Shown here: one piece after another, positions 20,844-31,529 of the stretch | How positions within the stretch are numbered: the stretch's first letter is position 1 | How the letters are laid out: each line of letters opens with the position of its first letter | Assembly (NCBI GenBank): GCA_963785275.1 | Contig: CAWAUY010000028.1 | Coordinates: 1,916-65,915 of the forward strand | Direction: 5' to 3' | DNA: 64,000 nt | Source: Candidatus Sulfomarinibacteraceae bacterium | GTDB taxonomy: Bacteria; Acidobacteriota; Thermoanaerobaculia; Thermoanaerobaculales; Sulfomarinibacteraceae | Position numbers and translations under genes: made by a program | Notes under the pieces: model-generated | Databases searched by the model: none | Seen by the model: only the letters and a program-made list of their open reading frames with translations | Told to the model about the DNA's origin: nothing

Positions 20844-21908
20844 ATGGAAAGCCCTTTCCAGTCTCAGCCGCCACTGGGCAGACGCCTGATGTTTTCCCTG
20901 GTTCCCACTGTTCTACTCGTAGTGATTGCGGTCGCTCTGTTCGAAGTCGCTCTTCGTGTGCGGTATGAGAGCACCGAAAAGATCACTGGGGCTGCCGAAT
21001 GGAGGGTCGCCGATTTCGGTGGTTTCAGTTATCACTGGGACAGCTACCATCCGCTGCTTGGATGGACCAATCAGCCCGGATACCGGAGCGACGAAACCGT
21101 TCCCTTTTCCGTGACCATCAATTCTCAGGGCCTTCGAGCCACTGATGACTACGCCCCTGTCGCAGTGAACGGAGTCCGCCGCATCGCCCTCTTCGGCGAC
21201 TCGCTTGCATTTGGGGAAGAGGTCGATGATGGAGAGACGGTCGCCGACCATCTGGGGGAGCTTCGGCCTGATCTCGAAGTCCTGAACTACGGCGTCCACG
21301 GTTACAGCCTCGGTCAGTCGGTCCTGCTGCTCGAGGAGGAGGGCGGTCTCCTCGATCCAGATCACTACGTAGTGATGGTTCTCTTTCCCGAGGACCTGGT
21401 GCGGGACGGTGCCAGCGAATTCGTCCACGCCAAACCGGTTTTTCGACTGGTTGACGGGTCGCTGAAGATCGAAAATGTCCCCGTCCCGGAAGCCTCGCGA
21501 ACACCGCGGCTCTTCCGCGTCAGCTACACGGCGGCCTGGCTTTTCGGGCGGAGGGGTTCGTGGCACCGCGACACCACCGACTGGGCAACCGATCTCGCAC
21601 GCAGTCGGGCCATCGTAGACCGCGCAGCTTCAGTCTGTGCGGAGCGGGATCGACCGTTGACAGTGGTTGTGCTGCTGGCTCCAGCCGGAGTCCTCAGATA
21701 CCTCTCCGACCCGGGATGGCGGACGCAGTTCGATGCCCGGCGGGCGGAATTCCTCGACCAAAAGATCGATATGCTCGACCTGGTCCCGGCGCAGATCGAG
21801 GCCTACCGCGAGGAACGAACGGCCCTGTTTGCGCCCCTCGCCCACTGGTCGTCGCGCGGCAACCAGATCTGGGCCGAGCAGATCGCCGGGCATCTCGGAG
21901 GGGAGTGA
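20844..21908 (+). CDS. Membrane-anchored SGNH/GDSL-like hydrolase family protein
   Basis: TM helix MFSLVPTVLLVVIAVALFEVAL and a GDSL block RRIALFGDSLAFGEE. The start is uncertain: GTG 20808, ATG 20844 or ATG 20889. Confidence 0.6.
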   Translation: MESPFQSQPPLGRRLMFSLVPTVLLVVIAVALFEVALRVRYESTEKITGAAEWRVADFGGFSYHWDSYHPLLGWTNQPGYRSDETVPFSVTINSQGLRATDDYAPVAVNGVRRIALFGDSLAFGEEVDDGETVADHLGELRPDLEVLNYGVHGYSLGQSVLLLEEEGGLLDPDHYVVMVLFPEDLVRDGASEFVHAKPVFRLVDGSLKIENVPVPEASRTPRLFRVSYTAAWLFGRRGSWHRDTTDWATDLARSRAIVDRAASVCAERDRPLTVVVLLAPAGVLRYLSDPGWRTQFDARRAEFLDQKIDMLDLVPAQIEAYREERTALFAPLAHWSSRGNQIWAEQIAGHLGGE

Positions 21909-21923
21909 ACGCGATCGTCGAGT

Positions 21924-22298
21924 CTACCGCAGCTCCTGCGGCACCAGGTCTTGCCTGATCACCTCCGCGACGATGGATCCCGAGCTTCGACCGAGCGTCG
22001 CCGCCAGCTTCTCGACGGTCGTTCCCTCCTGGAACCCGGATCTCACGGTCACACGGTCCTCCTCGGTCCACGGCAGACCCGAGTTGATCGGTCTGCCGAT
22101 CTCGAGGTTCTCCCGACGCCTCTCCTCGACACTCTTCTTGGGTTTCTTGGTCTGTTTGACGAATTCGAGAATTGAAAACAGGGCCCTGATCACTTCCGGA
22201 TCGTTGTAGGGGCTTTCCGCCGGGAAGGCCTCTCCGGTGGTCGGGTGGATTCCCTGCGCGAGAGTCTTGACGATGTTCCGGCTTTCGTTGAGTTCCAT
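21924..22298 (-). CDS. Hypothetical protein with a Myb/SANT-like helix-turn-helix C-terminal motif
   Basis: Second ATG (22296-22298) has AAGGAG 6 nt upstream. Contains [45 protein letters not shown], following the W-x-EE-D...G pattern. I cannot name a family with confidence. Confidence 0.55.
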   Translation of the reverse strand: MELNESRNIVKTLAQGIHPTTGEAFPAESPYNDPEVIRALFSILEFVKQTKKPKKSVEERRRENLEIGRPINSGLPWTEEDRVTVRSGFQEGTTVEKLAATLGRSSGSIVAEVIRQDLVPQELR

Positions 22299-22380
22299 GT
22301 CACGCTCCTTTTTCATCGGCCGTTTGGGGCCACGATGAGGTTGAGCGTGGACGGGGTGCCCGGACGATAGGCATAAATAA

Positions 22381-22407
22381 AGTATAACTCTGACACCGGG
22401 TTGTCAA
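22381..22407 (-). promoter_or_regulatory. Candidate sigma70-type promoter for the 21924..22298 gene
   Basis: The minus strand reads TTGACA (revcomp 22402-22407)-N15-TATACT (revcomp 22381-22386). Both hexamers are strong, but the spacer is short. Confidence 0.35.
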
Positions 22408-22583
22408 GAAGGTGCTCGATCGCTCACGGCCGTCATCCCGGTTTTGCGGGAACAAGCTCCCCGAACTGCTAGCCGTGAAATAGCCCCGGGGTGATCGCGG
22501 TTTCTTTCACTAGCATCTCGCGTTCGGCTCAGGTCAAACCTCGAATCACCGAACGACCCACGAAATCAACAAGGAGAAACCCC

Positions 22584-23642
22584 ATGCCCAACACCAAAGC
22601 CTATTCCGCAGCCAGCGCAACTTCGCCGCTGGCGTTTGACACGATTCAACGCCGAGACACCACCGAGACCGATGTGCAGATCGAAATCCTCTTCTGCGGC
22701 GTCTGCCACTCAGATCTGCACACAGTGCGGGACGAGTGGAGCAGCTTCATGCCTACAACCTACCCCTGCGTACCCGGGCACGAGATCGTCGGCAGGGTCA
22801 CCGGGGTCGGTTCGGCCGTCACCGGTTTCAAACCCGGTGACCTCGTGGGGGTCGGATGCGTGGTCGATTCGGATCACACCTGCCCGAATTGCCAGAAAGA
22901 CGTCGAGCAGTTCTGCCCCAATGCGACCTTCACCTACAACGCTCCGGACAAGCACCTCGGCGGCGTCACGTTCGGCGGCTATTCCGAGGGCATCGTGGTC
23001 GATGAGAAGTTCGTGCTCCAGATTCCCGACAACCTCGATCCGGCCGGCGCTGCCCCGCTTCTCTGCGCGGGGATCACGACCTACTCGCCGATCCGGCGCT
23101 GGGGCGAGATCAAGGGCAAGAAGGTCGGCGTGGTCGGCCTCGGAGGGCTGGGACACATGGGGGTGAAGTTCGCGCGGGCCTTCGGTGCCCATGTCGTGGT
23201 GTTCACGACCTCCCCGGGCAAGCAGGAAGACGCGCTGCGCCTCGGCGCCCACGAAGTCATCATCTCGACCGACGCGGATCAGATGCAGGCGCACGCGGGA
23301 TCCTTCGATTTCATCCTCGACACCATCTCCGCCGACCACGACATCAACGCCTACATCGGCATGCTCGGTCTTGACGGCACCATCACCCTGGTCGGCGCGC
23401 CCGAGAAGCCGATGCCCGTCTCGGCATTCGCCCTGCTCTTTGGTCGCAAGAGCGTCGCAGGCTCGCTCATCGGCGGCATCGCCGAGACCCAGGAGATGCT
23501 CGACTTCTGCGGTGAGCACGGCATCACTGCCGATGTCGAGGTGATCCCGATCCAGAAGATCAACGAGGCCTACGAGCGCATGCTCAAATCGGATGTGAAG
23601 TACCGCTTCTCCATCGACATGGCCTCGCTCAAAACGGAGTAG
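22584..23642 (+). CDS. Zn-dependent NAD(P) alcohol dehydrogenase (YahK-like), paralogue of 16200..17201
   Basis: ATG 22584 is preceded by AAGGAGA. Contains GVCHSDLH, PGHEIVG, CPNCQKDVEQFC and GLGGLGH. The ORF-track start at 22491 is an upstream extension. Confidence 0.9.
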   Translation: MPNTKAYSAASATSPLAFDTIQRRDTTETDVQIEILFCGVCHSDLHTVRDEWSSFMPTTYPCVPGHEIVGRVTGVGSAVTGFKPGDLVGVGCVVDSDHTCPNCQKDVEQFCPNATFTYNAPDKHLGGVTFGGYSEGIVVDEKFVLQIPDNLDPAGAAPLLCAGITTYSPIRRWGEIKGKKVGVVGLGGLGHMGVKFARAFGAHVVVFTTSPGKQEDALRLGAHEVIISTDADQMQAHAGSFDFILDTISADHDINAYIGMLGLDGTITLVGAPEKPMPVSAFALLFGRKSVAGSLIGGIAETQEMLDFCGEHGITADVEVIPIQKINEAYERMLKSDVKYRFSIDMASLKTE

Positions 23643-23699
23643 TGCGAAGGGCGACTGTCGGCGAGAGGGCCGAATCTCCCGGTTACTGGAGCCGGACTC

Positions 23700-24173
23700 T
23701 CATTTGAAACGATCATCGGCCACATCGGTGTGCCTGCGGGCATCCTCGAGCCAACCCGAGCGGGAGCCCGCGCGATCATCGAACTCACCGACGTACGGTT
23801 TGAGATCGAGGACGGGTGTGCCGTCGAGGAGATCGATCCCCTGGACCGCAAGCAGGTTGCGATCGATTCCAACAAGCTCTACAACCGACAGGCCGATCGG
23901 ATTCGGCCGACTCGGTGCGCGGGTCGCAAAGACGCCCCGAAGCCGGGTGTCGAGAAACGGCACGACCTTCAAACGGTAACCGGCGGTTTGGTGGAGATGG
24001 CACAGAAGAATGATGTGCGAGAACCCCTCGAGATCGCAGAGGCCGTCCACATACTGCTCAAAAACCTCTACCGTCCCGGCCGCCCTTTTCGCTCGAGAGG
24101 GCTGGATCGGGGTGCCTTCCGGTTTCTTAAAGGGGCTGTGAACAACGCCGATAGACTCGTATTTGATTTTCAT
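23700..24173 (-). CDS. trmO: tRNA (t6A37-N6)-methyltransferase TrmO (TsaA/YaeB family)
   Basis: MKIKYESIGVVHSPF... and RAPSRPNPIGLSVVELVGIDRNLLAVQGIDLLDGTPVLDLKPYV are hallmark UPF0066 motifs. ATG 24171-24173 is preceded by GGAGAGG. Confidence 0.85.
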   Translation of the reverse strand: MKIKYESIGVVHSPFKKPEGTPIQPSRAKRAAGTVEVFEQYVDGLCDLEGFSHIILLCHLHQTAGYRLKVVPFLDTRLRGVFATRAPSRPNPIGLSVVELVGIDRNLLAVQGIDLLDGTPVLDLKPYVGEFDDRAGSRSGWLEDARRHTDVADDRFK

Positions 24174-24892
24174 AATGGAACCTCTCCGACGAGTTGGATG
24201 CGCCGGGTTCGTGGGTGGCAGCGTGAGCCCGGCGAACAGCCTCGGCCCGCGCTGCGCATCGTCAGACTGTCCCTCACGACGCGAGACCGGTCGCGATCCT
24301 GGCCGCACGAAGAACAGTATCGAAGTTGAAGCGGTGTGCCGCAGTTCCTGCACGTTGCGCCGTCACCCATTACTTTCTCCCGCTTCATGAATCCACCACG
24401 CTGTGCATTCTGTCGACCCGACGCCACTGGACCGACTCGGTGCCGATCGGGGATCGCCGAAATGACACATCGATCGCATGGGTTCCACCTTTTTCATTGT
24501 TGCATTGTGATCACGTATCCGCCATCAAGTGTCGCTGTTTCACGTCCACCGAATCCCCCGTTCGCGCAGGGTCGACATTGGTCTTCCCCGCGTTTGCCGA
24601 CACGGTTGGCTCATCCACGGCAGAGCGTTGATGCGAAGGGTGACACCTCTCCGGACTGCGCTTCAAAGATCCGGCTTCAGTGCTGGAAGTTCGCTTCAAG
24701 ACGGCAGGCCGCTGGGGGCGGAGCGCTGACAGGTGGACAGTTGACGATGATCGGTCTCGCTCTCAGATTGGCAAGGTCGACCCAATGATTGCGGCCGCCC
24801 CGCCATCCAGACAGGGTTTCGCGCACATCGGTGGAGAATGACCGAATGCATGACCCCGGCATCCTTACCGACGCCAGAAATCGCAATCTGTG

Positions 24893-24921
24893 TTGACACA
24901 TATGATCACAAGAATCATATT
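24893..24921 (+). promoter_or_regulatory. Candidate sigma70 promoter with an overlapping palindrome upstream of the ELWxxDGT-repeat gene
   Basis: TTGACA(24893-24898)-N17-CATATT(24916-24921). The inverted repeat ATATGAT(24900-24906)-N7-ATCATAT(24914-24920) sits in the spacer and -10 region. The ATG is at 24983. Confidence 0.35.
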
Positions 24922-24982
24922 TAGAATGAAGAATCTCAAGTCCAACATCTCAATTGATTGCCTGTGAACGGGAGGCTTTTCC

Positions 24983-26419
24983 ATGGATTGCCGCGAACCA
25001 CGGCCGCAACCAATTTTGAGAATTGTCCTCGCCGCCATCCTGGGGCTTGCGACGTTTCCGGTCCTCGCGGACGAACCCTATCTGGTGCGGGACATCAACC
25101 CGGGTACCACCGTCTCCCTGATTTCGAATTTCTACGCCACGGAAAGCCTGGTGTTCTTCCGCGCCCATCGAGATGGTTCCGGTTCCGAGCCCTGGCGGTC
25201 GGACGGCACGTCAGAGGGCACCTTCATGATTCAAGAGCTGAGAACGGGAACGAACAGCTCACTCCCCGCTGCGTTCAGCAGTTTTGGCGACGACATCGTT
25301 TTTTCCGCCTCCAACGACGATGGACTGGGATTGTTTCGCACCAGGGGCGCGCCGAACGACATCGTGCTGGTCAAAAGCGACTTCGTACTGTGGATGCCGC
25401 CCATGGTCGCGGCGGGCACCGAGATGTTCATGAGCGGATCCGTGATCGGTTCTCTTGGCGGCGACAGAGAGCTCTGGAAGACCGACGGAACCTCGGCAGG
25501 AACAATCCGGGTCAAGGACATCAATCCGGGTTCCCTGGCGTCATTTCCCGAAGAACTCGTTGCGGTCGGGGGCACCCTCTATTTCAAAGCCAACGACGGC
25601 ACCCGCGGCGAGGAACCGTGGACTTCAGACGGCACCGAGTCCGGCACCGACATCGTTCAGGACATCCACGCCGGAGCGGTCTGGTCGAGCCCGACGAGTT
25701 TGACCGAGGTCGGTGGCCGGCTCTTCATGGCCGCCGACAACGGTGTCGACGGCGCAGAACTCTGGGTCATCAATGAGAGCGGAGTCTTGAGCATGATTGA
25801 CATCTGCCCGGGCGGCTGTGGAGGAGGTGCGGGCGATATTACCGCAGTCGGCGACCTCGCCTATTTTCGGTCGCTCGGTGACGGTTCGACGGGGGCCGAA
25901 CTGTGGCGATCGGACGGTTCAACACCCGGCACCTGGAAGGTCAAGGAGATCGCACCTGGAACGAAGGCAGCATACATTGCCAACATCACCGATCTCGACG
26001 GAACGGTCTTCTATTTCATTGCCGACGACACGGTTCACGGTCTTGAGTTGTGGCGCTCCGACGGCACCGAACCCGGCACCCGGATGGTCAAGGACATCAA
26101 CGCGAGCGGCGATAGCATGAACAGCGTCAATAGCGAGATCGTTGCCGCCGGAGGCGAGGTCTTCTTTGCCGCCGATGACGGTGTCCACGGCTACGAGTTG
26201 TGGCGCTCCGACGGCACTGATTCCGGAACCTCCATGGTCGCAGACATCGACCCGACCGGAAACGCCTATCCTGCCAACCTGACCGTGATTGGAGACCGGC
26301 TGCTTTTCACCGCTCATGATCCGAACATAGGGTACGAACTGTGGGGGTTCACGCTGCCCACTTTCTCCGACGGATTCGAGTCGGGAGACACCTCGAAGTG
26401 GTCGAACACAGTGCCTTAG
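24983..26419 (+). CDS. Secreted ELWxxDGT-repeat (beta-propeller-like) protein
   Basis: Signal peptide ILRIVLAAILGLATFPVLA. At least 6 repeats of (E)LW(R/K)(S/T)DGT..GT..V.DI.PG, for example ELWKTDGTSAGT, EPWTSDGTESGT, ELWRSDGSTPGT, ELWRSDGTEPGT, ELWRSDGTDSGT. Confidence 0.85.
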   Translation: MDCREPRPQPILRIVLAAILGLATFPVLADEPYLVRDINPGTTVSLISNFYATESLVFFRAHRDGSGSEPWRSDGTSEGTFMIQELRTGTNSSLPAAFSSFGDDIVFSASNDDGLGLFRTRGAPNDIVLVKSDFVLWMPPMVAAGTEMFMSGSVIGSLGGDRELWKTDGTSAGTIRVKDINPGSLASFPEELVAVGGTLYFKANDGTRGEEPWTSDGTESGTDIVQDIHAGAVWSSPTSLTEVGGRLFMAADNGVDGAELWVINESGVLSMIDICPGGCGGGAGDITAVGDLAYFRSLGDGSTGAELWRSDGSTPGTWKVKEIAPGTKAAYIANITDLDGTVFYFIADDTVHGLELWRSDGTEPGTRMVKDINASGDSMNSVNSEIVAAGGEVFFAADDGVHGYELWRSDGTDSGTSMVADIDPTGNAYPANLTVIGDRLLFTAHDPNIGYELWGFTLPTFSDGFESGDTSKWSNTVP

Positions 26420-26789
26420 TACCCTGTTGAGATCGTGTAAAAGGAAGAGTGCCGGGTTTGTACATTCGGTGATGGGTGTCACGTTCAGAATGCACCATTC
26501 TTCTGATCGCCTGGCGTTTGGAAGTGGCAGGAAGTGCCGTTTGTTCCTCGTTGGATTCCGAACACGCCCCGCCTTTGTCCGTTTCTTCGAAGCGACGTGT
26601 CACCCGTCACTCGAGGCTTCGATCGCAGCGTAGCGCGGGGAGAGCCGGTACCCCGGAACCAGGTTAGGATGCACACGTGGTTCTCTGGAACACCCGCTCG
26701 AGGGGCTGCTGGATTCCATGCGCCGGCCGGTCTTTCACCGCAAAAGGGTGGTATGCCGATTTCGAACTGTCAGGCAGAAAGGTGACAAC

Positions 26790-27137
26790 ATGAAAATTGA
26801 AATCCTCGGTGCGCCCGAGGTGAATGTCATCGCGCGGGAAATTCAGGTCCAGGGCCGAGAGGGAAATTTTCACCTGCGGTTGAATGGACACGTCATGTAC
26901 CGCTCCCCGGTTGATGGTACTGAGCGGTCGGCAGGACGATCGATCGACGTGTTTGCTGCTGCTGTTGAGGCTTGGAACACCCATTGTGACGAAGTAGTCG
27001 GCGCCGCGACCGACCAGGACGAGCTCGTCGTTGTCGAGCGGCTTCGTTCGCGGCTGAACGAACTCGATCTCCTACAGGACGGCGAGGCTGGGTACTGGGA
27101 TCTCGTTGTGGCCGAGGCTCAGGAGAGTCTTCTTTGA
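26790..27137 (+). CDS. Hypothetical protein (115 aa)
   Basis: ATG 26790 is preceded by AAAGGTGA. The codon pattern looks coding. I recognise no motif. The ORF-track start at 26718 is an upstream extension. Confidence 0.5.
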   Translation: MKIEILGAPEVNVIAREIQVQGREGNFHLRLNGHVMYRSPVDGTERSAGRSIDVFAAAVEAWNTHCDEVVGAATDQDELVVVERLRSRLNELDLLQDGEAGYWDLVVAEAQESLL

Positions 27138-27270
27138 AGTCTGATCACGCCAGGTACGTTGTGGTTCACCGCGATAGACTGGAATCGTTGGACTGGGACC
27201 GTCGACGCGCGGCATACGGCGTGGTCACGTCTTTCGAAGCCCAACGAAGGCGACGGACCGGAGTGTGTTG

Positions 27271-27630
27271 ATGACTGGCAAGAAAAAGGACACGCATGAG
27301 AGTTTTCGGCAGCGACTTCTGGCCACGGAGGCCGAAGTCAAATCCTTGCTGACGGGAACGACCGAAGGTTCGAAACCGGTAGACCTCAGCCTTCCAATTG
27401 GCAGATTGTCGCGGGCGGATGCCATCCAGATGCAGAACATGGCGGCATTGAACAAACGGCAACTCGAGATCAAACTCAAGCAGATCGAAGGCGCTTTATC
27501 CGCCTTGGAACAGGGTTCGTATGGGTCGTGCCGGAACTGCAACGGGGAGATCCACATGGCGCGACTCGAGGCGCAGCCCGAGACCCCCTTCTGCATCGAT
27601 TGTCAGGAGATGTTCGAGCAGCAGGGGTAG
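27271..27630 (+). CDS. TraR/DksA-family C4 zinc-finger protein
   Basis: CRNCNGEIHMARLEAQPETPFCIDC matches CxxC-N17-CxxC, preceded by a coiled-coil region. ATG 27271 has GGAG 7 nt upstream. Confidence 0.8.
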   Translation: MTGKKKDTHESFRQRLLATEAEVKSLLTGTTEGSKPVDLSLPIGRLSRADAIQMQNMAALNKRQLEIKLKQIEGALSALEQGSYGSCRNCNGEIHMARLEAQPETPFCIDCQEMFEQQG

Positions 27631-27655
27631 TGGGCGGCGCTTTTCGGCCCGATAT

Positions 27656-27681
27656 CCCGGCCCTCGATACAGTGGGCCGGG
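27656..27681 (+). terminator. GC-rich hairpin after the TraR/DksA gene (no U-tract)
   Basis: CCCGGCCC(27656-27663), 10-nt loop, GGGCCGGG(27674-27681). It is followed by TCTGATG, so it is not a canonical intrinsic terminator. Confidence 0.3.
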
Positions 27682-27743
27682 TCTGATGAACCCTCTCTGG
27701 TTGGCGTCTCCGCGAGAATTCAAATGAAGGACAATGACCCTCC

Positions 27744-27974
27744 ATGAGCCATCAACAGGCGGACAATCCACTCCACGGTCAGACCCTCGAGATGATCGTG
27801 AATGCTCTGGTAGAGCGATATGGTTGGAGCGAATTGGGCAACCGCATCAACATCAGGTGTTTCGTCAACGATCCCTCGGTGAAGTCCAGCCTGAAATTTC
27901 TGCGCAAGACACCCTGGGCGAGGCAAAAGGTCGAGAAGCTGTTCGTCGCCATGATTCAGGAGGGACCCCGATAG
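27744..27974 (+). CDS. VF530/DUF2132-family small putative DNA-binding protein
   Basis: [58 protein letters not shown] matches the conserved DUF2132 core as I remember it. Confidence 0.8.
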   Translation: MSHQQADNPLHGQTLEMIVNALVERYGWSELGNRINIRCFVNDPSVKSSLKFLRKTPWARQKVEKLFVAMIQEGPR

Positions 27975-27980
27975 CGTCTT

Positions 27981-28003
27981 TTGCGTCGCAGGGGCAGGAT
28001 TTG
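27981..28003. repeat. Partial direct copy of the 3' end of tRNA-fMet (possible att-site remnant)
   Basis: TTGCG-tcgca-GGGGCAGGATTTG (27981-28003) compared with TTGCG-GGGGCAGGATTTG in the tRNA (28371-28388). This is a 13-nt exact match plus a 5-nt match, in the same orientation. Confidence 0.5.
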
Positions 28004-28128
28004 CCGTTGCCGAAGGCGACACGAATTCCGGCCTCCGGGAAACTTGGAACCACGATAAAAAAGCGCGGCGTCAAGACGTCCCTCGGGGCCCTCCCGACGT
28101 GAACGCGGTGTTCGACCCCATCAGCGAA

Positions 28129-28283
28129 CGCCCACTACCATTTTCGCTTCGCTCAATTGGTGTGGCCGTACCGCTGCTGTGGCCGGGTTGACGTTGGGCC
28201 AGCTTCGCAGCTGGCCCAACGCCTCTCCCCACGATCAGGCCGCGCCCATTGCCGTTCTCGCTCCGCGACAAGGCGCATGGCCG
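28129..28283. repeat. Imperfect roughly 40-nt direct repeat pair (about 114-nt period) flanking a perfect 12-bp hairpin
   Basis: CGCCCACTACCATTTTCGCTTCGCTCAATTGGTGTGGCCG (28129-28168) and CGCCCATTGCCGTTCTCGCTCCGCGACAAGGCGCATGGCCG (28243-28283) share about 29/41 identities. The hairpin is GTTGGGCCAGCT-TCGC-AGCTGGCCCAAC (28193-28220). Confidence 0.45.
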
Positions 28284-28330
28284 CTGGCCGCTCACGGCGA
28301 GTTGCGCGAGGCACACGCGCCCAACGCAAA

Positions 28331-28358
28331 CACAGAAAACGCCGCCCGAAGGCGGCCG
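28331..28358 (-). terminator. Intrinsic terminator downstream of tRNA-fMet
   Basis: The minus strand reads GCCGCC-TTCG-GGCGGC (28341-28356) followed by GTTTTCTGTGTTT. Confidence 0.65.
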
Positions 28359-28367
28359 TGCGTTTGC

Positions 28368-31481
<3,114 letters not shown>

Positions 31482-31483
31482 GC

Positions 31484-31526
31484 GCAATTCTACACCGCGC
31501 TGCGAAATTCGGCGGTGTAGAATTGC
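31484..31526. promoter_or_regulatory. Perfect 15-bp inverted repeat filling the divergent intergenic region; each arm carries TAGAAT 5-6 nt before an ATG
   Basis: GCAATTCTACACCGC(31484-31498)-N13-GCGGTGTAGAATTGC(31512-31526). The minus gene context is GCGGTGTAGAATTGCgcATG and the plus gene context is GCGGTGTAGAATTGCcggATG. Neither start has a Shine-Dalgarno sequence. Confidence 0.5.
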
Positions 31527-31529
31527 CGG

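Noticed and set aside
24336-24788. Plus-strand ORF of 150 aa in the long trmO / ELWxxDGT gap.
   Set aside because: It has Pro/Ser/Arg-rich composition, no RBS and no motif. The region looks non-coding or decayed. It is covered under the accessory-block finding instead.
27733-27746. Similar start contexts AATGACCCTCCATG (DUF2132 gene) and AATGACCCCTCATG (dnaG, 56432-56445), considered as a shared leaderless-promoter or translation signal.
   Set aside because: Only an 8-mer plus ATG are shared. That is too short to separate from chance without genome-wide statistics.
28193-28220. The 12-bp hairpin region considered as SRP (4.5S) RNA, 6S RNA or another known housekeeping RNA.
   Set aside because: The helix is perfectly paired and lacks the conserved symmetric and asymmetric internal loops and GGAA-loop context of SRP helix 8. 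No 6S-like central bubble is evident. It is left as an unassigned structure.
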